Sequence record: NC_070958.1
Strand: one strand, 5' to 3'
Length of the DNA stretch: 64,000 bases
The notes beneath the pieces were generated by a model, which saw only the letters and a program-made list of their open reading frames with translations, did not search any database and was not told where the DNA came from. Shown here one piece after another: positions 63,513-64,000 of the stretch (the first letter of the stretch is position 1; every line of letters starts with the position of its first letter). The translations under genes were made by a program, and so were the position numbers.

Positions 63513-63851
63513 ATGGAGGGAGACTATTCTCCCTCCCAATTTAAAGGAAACAAGCGAATGAACAACCAACTCAAAAGCACCTGCGTCAATCTGACCAACA
63601 ACTTCTTCTTCTACAAGAATGAAAACGGCGTGGTCTATTTTTCCAGTTATCAACTTTCACTGGATGGGTTCCTGGAAATCACCAGTGATGAACTTTATGC
63701 GGTCCTCGATGGACTCGATCACTTCTATCTGAAGGCCGAGATAATCGGTGAAGTAGAAGTGCACGAACTGGTCACCGAGACCACCAAGGCTCACGCCACA
63801 ATGTCTGGTCACAAACATGTGATCGCCGATACTTTCTACTCCGTCTGGTAA
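63513..63851 (+). CDS. Hypothetical protein
   Basis: 112 aa (ATG 63558 is an alternative start). Confidence 0.65.
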   Translation: MEGDYSPSQFKGNKRMNNQLKSTCVNLTNNFFFYKNENGVVYFSSYQLSLDGFLEITSDELYAVLDGLDHFYLKAEIIGEVEVHELVTETTKAHATMSGHKHVIADTFYSVW

Positions 63852-63860
63852 GGTTGTGAT

Positions 63861-64000
63861 ATGTCCAATATGCAAGTACAAATCCTTCGTCCCTTTGACA
63901 TCGTTCGCTGTTGCAAACATGGAGACACGTCAATCGGGATGGTGACCGAGGTCACTGATGGCAATCGTTGTAGTATCGATTGGTTCGTTAATGACGCCAA
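63861..64000 (+). CDS. Hypothetical protein, truncated by window end
   Basis: MSNMQVQILRPFDIVRCCKHGDTSIGMVTEV... open to the end; SD AAGG. Confidence 0.55.
   Translation, partial: MSNMQVQILRPFDIVRCCKHGDTSIGMVTEVTDGNRCSIDWFVNDA

Noticed and set aside
1-64000. CRISPR array
   Set aside because: No run of regularly spaced direct repeats with unique spacers was seen; the repeats found are dispersed promoters and terminators
1-64000. Stop-codon reassignment
   Set aside because: Conserved genes are full length in code 11, and TAA, TGA and TAG all occur at sensible gene ends
1-64000. Mobile elements, reverse transcriptase/DGR, chimallin or PhuZ genes
   Set aside because: No transposase, integrase, RT or tubulin motifs recognised; the nucleus-forming lifestyle is inferred from the gene set, not shown in this window

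Overview
A 64-kb segment of a phiKZ-like (nucleus-forming, Chimalliviridae-type) jumbo phage genome, read in standard genetic code. The GroEL-like chaperonin suggests the EL/OBP side of the group (inference). Layout: (1) 1-16 kb accessory/metabolic block: metallophosphoesterase, two minimal kinase-like paralogues, thymidylate synthase, HAD-GNAT fusion, DHFR, ClpP-like protease, GroEL-like chaperonin, thymidine kinase, small membrane proteins. (2) 16-51 kb conserved core: RNase H-like protein, head proteins, SF2 helicase, UvsX/RecA, three virion RNA polymerase subunit genes (beta C-terminal piece, beta' with DFDGD, large beta), a 2353-aa virion peptidoglycan hydrolase with a GH19 domain, a modular endolysin and the prohead protease. 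(3) 51-64 kb early accessory block: orphan proteins, four exported two-cysteine paralogues and an HD hydrolase. A 25-bp early-promoter-like motif occurs 10 times and long terminator hairpins are frequent. No CRISPR array, tRNA, intein or transposase was seen. Best leads: the mini-kinase pair, the exported 2-Cys family, a repeated covarying AAUUCC-loop RNA hairpin in two gene leaders, and the ClpP+GroEL pair. phiKZ gp-number assignments come from recalled synteny and motifs, not from database searches.
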